NCBI GenBank assembly: GCA_964019335.1
Contig: OZ025710.1
Coordinates: 372,001 to 436,000 of the forward strand
From: Diplonema japonicum
Taxonomy: Eukaryota > Protista > Euglenozoa: Diplonemea
Direction of reading: 5' to 3'
DNA: 64,000 nucleotides
The position numbers and the translations under genes are program-made. The notes under the pieces are model-generated. The model was not told where the DNA came from, searched no databases, and was given only the letters and a program-made list of their open reading frames with translations. Numbering within the stretch: position 1 is the stretch's first letter; each line of letters starts with the position of its first letter. Below, one piece after another: positions 47,684 through 58,913 of this stretch.

Positions 47684-48307
47684 TTAATCTTGTCTTCCGT
47701 TGTTTGTACTTTTACCCATCTTTTGTATTATTTCTTTTGGAAAAAAAATATCCCCCCCCACCAACTACAACCACTATGTCACGCAACTCACAAAAGAGAA
47801 ATTAAATACACGATGCACTGATTGAAGAGAAAAAAGAAAAAAAAGAAAAAGATGACATACTCACATGTAACTTTGGGGCACGGGCACCACCACCATCGAA
47901 AGCAGGAAATATGTCAGGTATGTGACAGGGGGAAGAAGACACCATGCAGGGGAGCTGGTGGAGCTGGCCGGTGTTGAAAATGCCGAACTTTCTCAGCAGC
48001 GGGAACATAGAAGAACACCGCCACAACCACAACGGTGTTCACCACCCGAAGATACGGAAGCTGCATATTAAGAAAATTAAAATCTAAATGGGGGGGGGGG
48101 GGGAGAAGAAGAAGAAAAAAAGTTTACACGGGGGGTAAGGGTGGCGTTTTCATAGTGGGTTTTTCTTTCCTTATATTCATTTTTTTTTTTTACACGTTAT
48201 TGCTTTCTTCGGTTTTTATTCCATTTTTTTTCTTTACGTTGGAAATTTATAAAAAGAAGAAAAAAAAGCAAAAAGACACACCGGGAGGGGGGAGGAAATA
48301 ATAAACA

Positions 48308-49096
48308 ATGAGCACATTCCGAAGCGAGACGCGTGCGACAAAGTACCAACAGAAATTCAAACTCCCTCCCAACTTCCCCGAAACCCTCAGAGAGTACACA
48401 CGGGAGGTCCTTCGTAACCAGCCCACAGACATATATGACTGGAGCAGCGCGTACTTCAAAGAAAAAGCCTTGATAGAGGACGGGGTGGACCTGGGCAACG
48501 TGAGGGAAGAAGTGCTCCTCAGCGACTCCGAAAGAGAACTAGGCCTGAGACTGGAGGACGCCTTCGGGGAGCGGGACACAGAAAACACAGGGGAGCTATT
48601 CGTACAGCTGTGCAAGGCTGTTTTGTTAGAGAGCCTGGGGCTTACCGAGGCACAGGCACTGTACATTCTCTCGAACCCTGACATACAGGTAACACCACAA
48701 GGCACCATCAACCACAAGGACCTGTTGCTCATCCCGGACTTGCTGCACCAAATCGTGTATTTCCAGACCACTGGCCACGAATTCACCTCGCTCCCTGTTT
48801 CCGACCCCAATTTCCTGATCCACGGTACCTCCCGAGAGGAGACCTCACACCTCTTTACAACAGCCTTCAAGGCAGCTGACACCTCTAGCCACGGCACCCT
48901 TACTATACCTCAGTACCGTTCGGCATTAGGCTCCGTCCCTATTCAGTTGACTTGCCGGGACATCAGCTTGCTTGTGCTGGAGGCGCCACTCACAGGTGAC
49001 AGTGTAGTGCCCTGGAAGGAGGTCATCGATTCTGAGTTGTACCTACCGCTGCTTGCCTTGGGGCAGGTGTTCTCTCAGTTTGGAGAGCAGGAGTAA
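48308..49096 (+). CDS. RIIa-type dimerization/docking domain plus EF-hand-like protein (radial spoke protein 7-like)
   Basis: LPPNFPETLREYTREVLRNQPTDIYDWSSAYF is a D/D domain. FGERDTENTGEL and FKAADTSSHGTL are degenerate EF-hand loops. Confidence 0.8.
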   Translation: MSTFRSETRATKYQQKFKLPPNFPETLREYTREVLRNQPTDIYDWSSAYFKEKALIEDGVDLGNVREEVLLSDSERELGLRLEDAFGERDTENTGELFVQLCKAVLLESLGLTEAQALYILSNPDIQVTPQGTINHKDLLLIPDLLHQIVYFQTTGHEFTSLPVSDPNFLIHGTSREETSHLFTTAFKAADTSSHGTLTIPQYRSALGSVPIQLTCRDISLLVLEAPLTGDSVVPWKEVIDSELYLPLLALGQVFSQFGEQE

Positions 49097-49324
49097 GAGG
49101 GAGAGGGGGTGATTAAAAAAAAGAAAGAAGGGAAAAAAAAAAAAGTAAAGTGTGTTTTGTTGCTATTATTTTTATTAAAAAAAAAAAAAAGATTTCTGTG
49201 AAGAACAGATGTAATATGTTTCATCCCCTTCTTTTTTTTTTTTTTTTTCCATCGGGTTCCCCTCGTTCCCTCAGATTTTCCATTTACCAGATTTGTTTTC
49301 AACAAAAAAAAAAAAAAAAGGAAA

Positions 49325-50362
49325 ATGTGCATTACTACCACAACGACCATCGTGGAGGCGAACATCGCGCAGAAAGCGCAGGCAAAGGAGGTCCCGTGCC
49401 AACAACCCGCGTACGAAAGCGAGGACGAAGAAGAAGAAGAGCGCGAGGAGACCAGCCCGAACCTGGAACAGTGGGTCCTGGCATGGATTAAATACGGAGT
49501 ACCCGAGATCACAAACGAAGAGGAAAGGATCCAGATGTACACTCTGCTACTAGCCCTGGCCGGGTGCGTGGCAATGTGCATCTTCACACCAGAGTTTGCC
49601 ATGTGGTACTTCAACCCGTGGAACTTCAACATCTTCGCATGGCTGGGGTGGTTCGAGCTCAAGCAGTACGCTTTGAACAAAACCAACACATTTACAAGAT
49701 GGGCGATGACGCAGGCTGGCTTCAAGATCTTGGGTTACCGCGAGACGGAAATCGGGATTGAACTCCGTGAAGAGATGGAGGAGCTGAAGCCGTTCGACTA
49801 CTTCTACCTCCGCGTGAATGCAGTTCCTGACATGGTGTACTTGTCACACCTTTCAAGGTATATTTTCGTGAATGAAAGTGTTGTGGGGTACAGCGAGTGG
49901 AACTTGTTAAACACAGTTGTATCTACTGCGTTGTTGGTGATTGTTATCGACACTTCGTACGCGTTTCTGCACTGGGTTCTTCATTGCAACCGTTTGGTGT
50001 ACACGGCGATCCACAGACACCACCACAGGTTCATCATCCCCGAGAAGAACTTTATTGATGTGAGGAACTACCACCCTTTGGAGCTTGTTCTCTCGTCTAA
50101 GGTGATCTTTCCGTCTTTTTATTTGTGCCAGGCGCTTGTTGGTGCTTCGCACTTGTCATGTGTGACCGCTTTCTTGATCACGGTTGTTGTGAACTGTATC
50201 AACCACAGCGAGTTCGACATTAGGATCCCTTACATCGGCTTCGATTCTGGTGATCATGAGATGCACCACAGGTACCCGAAGAATAACATGGGGATGTGCT
50301 GCTTCTGGGCGGACAAGCTGATGGGCACGTACAGGCCGTACGTTGGTCGTGTTGAAGAATAG
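49325..50362 (+). CDS. Fatty acid hydroxylase / sterol desaturase superfamily membrane enzyme
   Basis: The His boxes HWVLH, HRHHH, NHS and HEMHH are intact. It has several hydrophobic segments and a WADKLMGT C-terminal motif. Confidence 0.9.
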   Translation: MCITTTTTIVEANIAQKAQAKEVPCQQPAYESEDEEEEEREETSPNLEQWVLAWIKYGVPEITNEEERIQMYTLLLALAGCVAMCIFTPEFAMWYFNPWNFNIFAWLGWFELKQYALNKTNTFTRWAMTQAGFKILGYRETEIGIELREEMEELKPFDYFYLRVNAVPDMVYLSHLSRYIFVNESVVGYSEWNLLNTVVSTALLVIVIDTSYAFLHWVLHCNRLVYTAIHRHHHRFIIPEKNFIDVRNYHPLELVLSSKVIFPSFYLCQALVGASHLSCVTAFLITVVVNCINHSEFDIRIPYIGFDSGDHEMHHRYPKNNMGMCCFWADKLMGTYRPYVGRVEE

Positions 50363-50904
50363 GGGGGGAGAGGAATTTTTTTTTTTTTTTTTTTTGTTGT
50401 GGTTTTCTTTAAACCGTTAACGGATTTGGGGTGTGGTGTGGACATTTTTTTTTTTTTTTTTTTATTTCTCGAAGAAACCGCAAACAGGGGTGATGGTCAG
50501 TATTTTTTTTTTGTCTGATATTTCCTCTCCTCCAACTACCGTCGTCCATCTGCGCTCTACTCGATTACAATTTTTTTTTTGGGGGGTCTTCTCTTCCCCC
50601 CCTGTTCCGTTAATGGTTACAAAGAAAAAAAAAATTCTTATTTCTCATTCTTAGACCCCAGCTTTCCCATGATGGTGTTATGCTGTATTTTTCTTCTGCT
50701 TCTTTTTTCCCTTTGGCCGGGGTCCTTCCTTTATAAAAACGATACAGGGAAAGTCAGTGCTCGTGGGCTGCACTGTCACCCAGGCATGGACCGACCTCTT
50801 AAAAAAAAAGGTACTACGGGCTTTCGGTGAAAAGAAGGGGGAAAATTTTCTTTACACCCCACCTGCAACGGGGACCAACATACATTGACTTGACGTAAAA
50901 ATCA

Positions 50905-50946
<42 letters not shown>

Positions 50947-52315
50947 CCTTTTTTTTTTCTCTTCTGAAAATTTTGCATTTTTCGAGGTTGTGGAGGAGTG
51001 GGAGAAAAAAAAAAACGAGAAGATAGCAGTCTGTAGTTGCAGTTCCTTATTTCATTTCATTTTCATTTTCATTTTATTCTTTACATTAAAAAGGCTGTTC
51101 TCACTCTCCCTTTCACGCCCAGCTGTGCGAAAAAAAAAGAGAGAAAAAAATACAAAATAGTTCTGTGCTTCACAAAGAAGACGTGGCTTACAAAGTTTCG
51201 AGGGTTTACTTTTCTTCTTTTTCTTCTCATTTCAACGTATTCCTTTCTTTTCTTTTCTTTTTTTTTCCCCAGTCTCCCCCCTTTTTTTTCCCCTGTGCCT
51301 TCCTTTCTAATGCTCTATTTTTTATTTTATTTTTTATTTTATTCTATTTTTTTGCTGAGAACGCAAGTTTAAAAGATTTTTTAAAAAGAAAAAAAAAAAC
51401 AAGGGAGAGGAGGGATCTTCAGAAAAAAAAAAAGAGAAAATACAGAAGTCTGTACATCGCAAGTCATTAGAAGCCAACCCCCAAAAGCTATAGCCTAGCT
51501 TCCTTGATATGCACGAATCTGTTATGGATCGGCCTCAAAAAAAAAAAAAAAAAAAAAAAAAAAATAGGCTGATGGTGCCTGCTTCTCCTTGATAACAGGC
51601 CTATTGATTTTTGATGACTGTGGTCTATAGGGAAAAAAAAAGGGAAAAAAAAACTGCTGGAATGTATTTTTTCAAACGCATTAATTTCTTGCAAAGAAAA
51701 GCAAAAAAAAAAAAAAAAAAAAAACGACGCAAAAAAAGGAATTTTTCTTCGTTTTCTTTTTCTTTTTCTTGGGAGTGAAAGTGCTTTTTTTTTTTTGGGC
51801 TTGACAATGCCTTTATTTCTTTTGTAACAGGTACTTCCACCCCCCCATCTTTTTTCATTTTCTAGCATGAACATGTTCTTACAACTACTAGCTTATTTTT
51901 TATTTTTTTAATGCTCTTCTAGTCTATCTTCCTTTTAGGGCGGGTGCCTTTTGTTTTTCCCATTCTTCGGGATGCTCGGAGGGGGAGGGAAAAAGAGAAG
52001 AAAAAAAGGGCATTTTTTTGGCACCGTTTCGCTGTGCCCTTTAAGGACTGAACCTGGATAATATACCAAATATAACCACAAAAAAAATCTTAATTATTGG
52101 GGGGGAGGGGAAGAGATCAACCAAAAAAAAAAAAAAAAAAAATTATGACACTTTTTTTTTTTTTTTCTTTTTTTTTTTTTCTCCAAATGCGAAAAACTAT
52201 TGTTGTTGAGCGCATCACTTGGCAGTGTCAACAATATATATATATACCCTTCTCTCTCCCCCCACAAGAAACATGGCCTTACATCCAGTGGTAAAAAGGA
52301 CGTGTTTTGCGAGAC

Positions 52316-52347
<32 letters not shown>

Positions 52348-52898
52348 TCGCTCTACTCTTTACAGAAATGGAAAAAAAAAGGGGGGAAAGGGATAGATAT
52401 ATACCCCCTTTTTTTTTTAAGCTGTCAAAAGAAAAAAAAATTTTTCGTAGGGAAAAAAAAAAGGACTAGCAAGCAAACAGGACTGCTCTAACCCCCTCTT
52501 CTTTTTTTTTTTTTGTACTATCTACACTTTGGATGAAGGAAAAAAAACTGGAGAAAAATAAAGAAGGGGAAATCCCCCCCGGTGGCAGTCCCCTTAGCAA
52601 TTCCTGTCAACTTACTTTCACTGCAACCGCCCTGTTTCTTTTTTATAAAGATCATGGGACAAAGCGGTCAAAAAGAACCCTAAACGTATGAGGCTACAGT
52701 GAGTGTTAAAACAAAAGGGGGGGTGGGTATTTTTATTTTACCCTTGGGAGGAGGGGGGAGGTTGAGGGGGACGCCCTTCAGCCTTCGTTCTTCTCCTAGA
52801 TATAGAAACAAAACAAAGGAGTTTTTTTTTTTAATATTCCTTTCTCAGACTTGCCCTCTCCTGGACGGGGGGGGGGGAAAGAAAAAAATCCAAATTAA

Positions 52899-54497
52899 CC
52901 ATCTACCAACGGACCATTTTTGCCCACCAGGGGGTAAATTTTCAAAACTTCAAAAAAAGCTATTCTAGCGCAACGCCGGGGCTATATGCCCCCGGAAATG
53001 CCTCCAGATGTCCCAATTCTAGAGAGAGGGTGCCCACAGCAGGGCCCACCCCCACAACATTGTCAAAAATATCGTTCCTGAAGTGCTCGAGAGGGGGTAC
53101 AAAAAACAAGTCAAAAAAAATCGACTGTAAAATTCTATAAAAAGCTATTTAAGGCCTTCTTGACGCGGTTCGTACGTGCCCCAGGGCTGGGGGACTTCTT
53201 TTTTGACCCCGGGAGGGGTTTCTGGGGGTATCCCCGGCAAGGTGGCAGTCTTTGAAGCACGGAGTCACGCAAAGTTGTACCAAGCAGGCTGAACACTGAA
53301 ATAGGGGTCTTTTCGACTTGAAATGCTTGCACCGCACGTTGCACTACTTTTTCGGGGAAATGGTCCCAGAAGGTACTGTCACGGCGCATTGGGGTCTCAG
53401 AGCACTCGTTCTGTGTTTCGGGGCATGGTATTGGGGCAGCCTGCTCTGTAGTTGACTTTATCTGTTGTTTAGACTGCCTCCCTAGTAGCCCTTCGATGAC
53501 TGCCTCTTTGAAAGGCGTCAATACACTGTCGTTCGTACTCAGGGTGTTGGGGGGCAAGGCTTCTTTCCAAACAAGCCAAGCATTCGCCAGAGATTACCTA
53601 ACAAGTACGAAAATACTTTTAGGGGCCACTTTTAAGTCATAAGGGTGCGTTTATGGCGTTTTGTCACAGCGTCACCCAGGTCGGTTCCGCCCATTGCGGT
53701 GTTGTAAATATGCACTTGGTGGGGAACAAGATGTCCTTTCCGGCTTTCATTCTCTTTTGGCGGACGGTCAAATTTGACTTCACTGGAACATCCAACGTCG
53801 ATAGAAAGCGCACAGGCTTGATGTCATGCCACGTTGTGGTGCAAAGGATGCTCGCGTGCTGGTGGAACTGTGTCCCCACGGGACGCGCGTCCTTGGGCTT
53901 GCGGCCTCGCTTCTTTGGGGCATCCATGATCTCCGGGAGGCCTTCGCGATAGGTAGAAGTCAGCACGCTTGTTTGTTTCGCTGTGGAAACACAGATTTCC
54001 CAGAATAGTCAAAAAGCGGTCTCTTGACATGACGGTGGCGTACCCAGGGGTGTAGTTGAGAAACGTGGAGCCAGTGCGCCAGTAATCAGAATAATCTGGC
54101 TTGATATCCAAGTCCATCGACAAAAGGACACCTAGGAAGGTACGCAGAGAAGCAGCATCGAGATCCAGGGAGACACCTTTTTTAGCCGCATTTGCCACAT
54201 TGTTCGAAGTTATGACCCGAATAAAGTTTGGGACGAGCAGTTGGGAGAATATATGGTATGGCGTTGAGCCTTTGATGTCAAAACAGGGTCCACATTTTTA
54301 AGGGTAAATTTGGGCTGGCGTTTTTTTTTATTTTTTCATTTTCTTGTTAAGTTAGGGCAGCATTTAGTTTATATTTTTCATATTTTCCGCGCAGGACCCC
54401 GCCGGCAAGAAAGGGCCGGGCCGTATTGCATTGAAAGCCCTTTGCGTAAAAGATTTTTTTTCAAATCGTCTATATATAGACGCTCGTTGATAGATGG
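52899..54497 (-). mobile_element. Internally deleted, non-autonomous piggyBac DNA transposon
   Basis: The 13-bp TIRs CCATCTAYCAACG lie at 52899-52911 and 54485-54497 (12/13 match). TTAA is at 52895-52898 and (T)TTAA at 54498-54502. Transposase fragments lie inside. Confidence 0.9.
53149..54297 (-). pseudogene. piggyBac transposase (PGBD) pseudogene
   Basis: The motifs FLGVLLSM..DYW..VMSRDRF, WHDIKPVRFLST, YNTAMGGTDLGD, KKWPLKVF and the C-terminal CxxC..CxxC..LCVTPCF..H are spread over shifting frames. Confidence 0.9.
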
Positions 54498-56082
54498 TTT
54501 AAAAAAAAATAATAATGTTCTCAGCAACTTTTTTTTTTCCTTTCATTATTCCTCCTATTATGCGGCTTTACTGCCCAAAAGGGAAAAATAATATTAAAAT
54601 AAAAAAAAAATAAAAAAAAAAAAATAAAAAAAAAAAAAAAAAAAAAAAAAAACACTTTTCTATTCCACAGGCACTTGGCTCACTGCCTACTCCGCATGAA
54701 AGCGGGGAGGGCTCTAGGGCCTGCCCGAGTTCATATTTGTTTCTTTTTCTTTTCTTTTTTCAAGTTCTAGAAGAGGCATTTCTTCATTACATGATAAAAA
54801 GTTGCGACTTTTATTCTTTTTTTTTTTTTTTCCCGTCTTTTCTTCCCACCACCACAAACGGACGGTTCACTTGTCCTAGTCTGTTTGGTTAAATTTCCTT
54901 TCCTTCCCCCCTCCCGCTCCCAGGCGTGATTCGCCTCCTATCTTATGGTAGAGTGAAGGAAAAAAAAAAAAAAAAAAAAGGGAAAAAAAAGTTGTGGTGG
55001 TTTTCCTCCCCCCCTTCATCAAAGCACCATGAGTAGAAAGAGGAGACAACTTAAGGTGCTCTTTTCTCTCTTTTTTTTTATTCATTTCTATTTTTTTCGT
55101 TTTGTGAGAATTCTTGAGATGACTTTTTTTTCTTTTTTATTTTTAACCCTATCTTACTATTCATGTTAATTCATGGTCATCCAAAAAAAAAAAAAAAAGA
55201 GAAAAAAAGCTTCTTTTCTTCAGCTTTCCCCCCCCCCTTTTTTTGTCTTTCAACACAGTGGGCACCCCCTGCACACTCTGTAATCTTATCAAGTTCCCCC
55301 CTCCTCCCCACCTATATATCACTTCCGAAATGAAGGTGGTGGTATCCTAACAGGCAACAGAGCACGAAAAGATTTTTTTTTCTCCTCCCCTTTTTTTTTT
55401 GCTGCTGTTGGTTTTGTGTTCTGCTTGGGGCAGTGCTCCATCGAAACATCAACCAGTCAACAGAAAGTGGCAAGGAATGGGTTTTTTGGTAAATCTTCTC
55501 ATTGCACTGATTAACGCTGCAGCCCTTGACCGCAACAGGTCGGGGGGTTGCCCCCCCCCTTTTTTTTTCCTCTTCATTCTCTTGAGAAACTGTGCATATT
55601 TTGCCCTCCTATGACTACCGTCGTTATCACAGCTGGGTACGGAAGAAGGGGGGGGGGGGGGGGGATCAAGCGATGATGGGTCCAGTAAACCAACGTTACA
55701 AGTTAGTACCTAACCCCACAGTTTTTATTTCTTTTCGTGTGAAGAATTTTTCTCAGCAAGCGATAGTGGCAAGAAGCAGGAGGTGCTTACCCTCTCCTAA
55801 CATAGTAGTCAATTTTTCTTTTTTTTTTCTCTTTTTTTTTTCTCATTTCTTTTAGTTCATGTGCAATACAAAAATCCTCGAAGTTGAAAATGGAGGGGAG
55901 GGGGAAAAAAAAAGAAGAAAGAACCTAGGGGAAGGAGACAGAGCTGATTAGGAAAGAAAAGGGGAGAAGGAAAAAAAAAAGAGATCAGTCCCCCTTCCTC
56001 CCCTGAGATGGTGATTTCTTTTCTTTTTTTTTTTTTTAATATTTCGCCTTGGGTCTAAAAAAAACCCGCAATCGTCCCACTC

Positions 56083-56114
<32 letters not shown>

Positions 56115-56429
56115 ATTCCCCACCTTTCGAGTATTGTGTTATGTTTGTCTTGACAAATGGAGAAAGAAAGAAGAAAAAAAAAGAAAAGAAGCTATTCGCT
56201 TCTTCTTGTTTTTCTTTTCCCTTTATATTTGGCTCTTGGAACTGACATTGAAGGTGCCATTATGGGTTGCTAGAGAAAAGAAAAAGAAAATTTTCTTTTG
56301 GCTGCTTTGCGCCACTGTTACTGCCCGCATCGTCCCCTACCTAGGTACCCAACTCACCCCAATAAGAGGAAAAGGCCTGGAATTGCATACCTGGCATGTA
56401 TCTGGTTCGGACACTAGTTGAGGTAGATG

Positions 56430-56474
<45 letters not shown>

Positions 56475-58731
56475 GAAAGATACAAGGTTCTATTATTTAT
56501 ATTAATTCTCACCCCTCGGAGAGAACGAAGAAAAAGATGAAGGAGAAGAAGAAAAAAAAAAAAAAAAAAAAAGAGAGATGCCGTTAGAAGCCTGATAATA
56601 ATGAAATTTTTAGGCACTATTTTATTTTTTATTTTTATTTTTATTTTTATTTAATTCAAACAAAGCAAATACAAAAAAAAAAAAAAAAAAAAAAAACATT
56701 CTCTAAATATAAGGCAGGCTGTAAAGATAGAGGGACAAAAAAAAAAGAAAAAAGAGATAACAAAAAAAAAGAAGAAGAAGAAACGGGAAAATCGTGAAAA
56801 CTCTTTTTTCGATTCTTTTTTTTTTTTTTTTCCTATTCTTTTTTTTTTCTTTGTCCCTTTTTTCTTTTTTTTTCCCTCTTCCTTTTTTCAACAAATATAA
56901 CTTGGCCGAGTTTTTCTTACAACAAAAAAAAATATTAATTATTAATCAAACAAATTTCAGTTATCACTCATAGTCTTGTTAACCCTGGTGGTAGGCTGTC
57001 TTGGGGATGAAAAACCCCCTTTTTTTCCGGTTTATTTTCTGGCTTCAAATAAGTGCGATATCAGCTTGGGGTCTTTCTTCCTCAGAGACCGGGGAAAAAA
57101 AGGGCTTTTCAAGACAGTACCCCTTCCCTCGTTGGTGTGGCCAAATGGGCGCCCACCCGAAATGTTATTTGATTGGGCGAGGGAGAAAAAAAAGGGGGGG
57201 GATAAAAAAAAAAAAAGAGAAAATAAAAAAATGAGCCATTCTTGGCACCCCGAGGAAAAAGAAATAAAAAAGAAATTTCACGGGGGTGTTTTTTTTTTTT
57301 TTTTTTTTCCCCTTTTTTTTTTTCCATCTCTATTTTTTTTTTTTTTTTCTACCACGTAGGCCAGAGTACACAACACCCACACCCCCCTCCCGTAATTTTT
57401 ATTAGGGGATTCCAAGAGTGAAAGAAATAGTGGAGTGGGGGGGAAAAAAATTTTTTTTCCCCCCCCTCTTCCTTTTTTTTTCTCTTTTTCTCTGCTCTGC
57501 TTTTCTAGCTGTATTTATTTTTTTTTCCTCCCCCGTGGATGTGCCCGTGGATGTGGTTTGAAACACAAGTGCACTCGCGTGTCGTCCACCTCCCCATGGA
57601 GAGTCTGTCATGCCAATTACCCACTAGCATATCCGTTGAAATATGCTTTTCTGAACGACCCTCATTCCCACAAACAAAAAAAAAAAAATTAGGCTTGGGA
57701 ATGAGTGCACTTTGGTATACGGGCCTGTCTAATCCTCCCTTCAGCTCTGTTCCCTTTCTTCCCGTTCTCGTTGTTTTTTTTCCCCCCCCCTCTTTTTTTT
57801 TCCCGTACCCCCCCTCCTAATTTGTTTTTTTGCCGTCTTGTTTTCCTGCTCCTTTCTTTTTTATTATTATTCTCTTGCCTCCCTTATATGCTCGTCCCGT
57901 ATTCTCAATCTTCAAGGGATTGCCCTGCAGTTCGAGCCGCTGGCCCGCTACTCTGGGATTTGCTTGAATAGAGAAGCGAGGCAGACCGAGGGAAGGCGTC
58001 CGCTCGATATTTCCCCCCCGTGAAAAGAAAGATCTCTGCTAACTTTTTTTTTTTTTTGTATGGGGAGACCCTTAAAAAAAAAAAAAAAAAAGTGAGAACC
58101 TTGAGTCTGTTTCAACACACGGTAAGCACTTAACTTTAATTTCGCGAGGGAAAAAAAAAAAAAAAAAAAATGCTTTTTTGGGTGGTGGGGATAACATGGA
58201 AATATAAGAAGTACATCAGATGTGTTGTTCGCTGTTGACCTCCTCGTCGGTCATCACCGGTAGCGCCCGAGTGGAAGAACGTAACGCAGATGCTCAGGGT
58301 GACGAACAGGCAGCAAACTGCACGAGCGCAGAATCTTGGTTACCCATGACGCCCCGGCTAGGGTTGAGCACCGCACGCATTAAGGACACGATGCGGAACG
58401 CAGAACAAGCTACTGCTCGGCCGAGGAGAGCCCCCTGTAATCAAGTAGGAAGTAGGTAGTTCGTGCTTCATTGCACGCTTAACGCCACCTAGTGTTGCAA
58501 TCAAATCCCCATTTTTTTTTTTTTTTTTCTTTGGTAATCTACGGAGTCGATCTCGGTTCCTGATCCACCAAGGGGGGAAATTTTTTTTTGTTTTTTTGTT
58601 TTTCCAGATTTACACGGTCGAGAGGAGGAAAGGGACAAAGGAAGAAGAAGAAAAAAAATAGAGGAGATAGACAGCCCTTCTCGTTTTTAAAAAAAAAAAA
58701 AATCTTCTTCCCAACCTATTCCTCCTCTTCT

Positions 58732-58766
<35 letters not shown>

Positions 58767-58913
58767 GTGGGCCTTAGCTAAAGACACTCCATAAGCCCAC
58801 ATTCACGAATTTTCCCAACCCCTCACAACTATCTATTCCTCTCTTATCATTTTTCCTTTCTTTTTTTTTTTCTTCCCTACAAAAAAAAAAAAAAAAAAAA
58901 AAGAGGGGGGAAC

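Noticed and set aside
51485-51600. A third possible ingi-signature remnant (minus-strand GGAAGCTAGGC) and a TGATGA box C nearby
   Set aside because: The similarity is too short and is interrupted by poly-A. There is no matching box D or terminal stem.
52747-52796. G:U-rich hairpin beside the piggyBac end
   Set aside because: It is explainable by adjacent purine and pyrimidine tracts, which are ubiquitous here.
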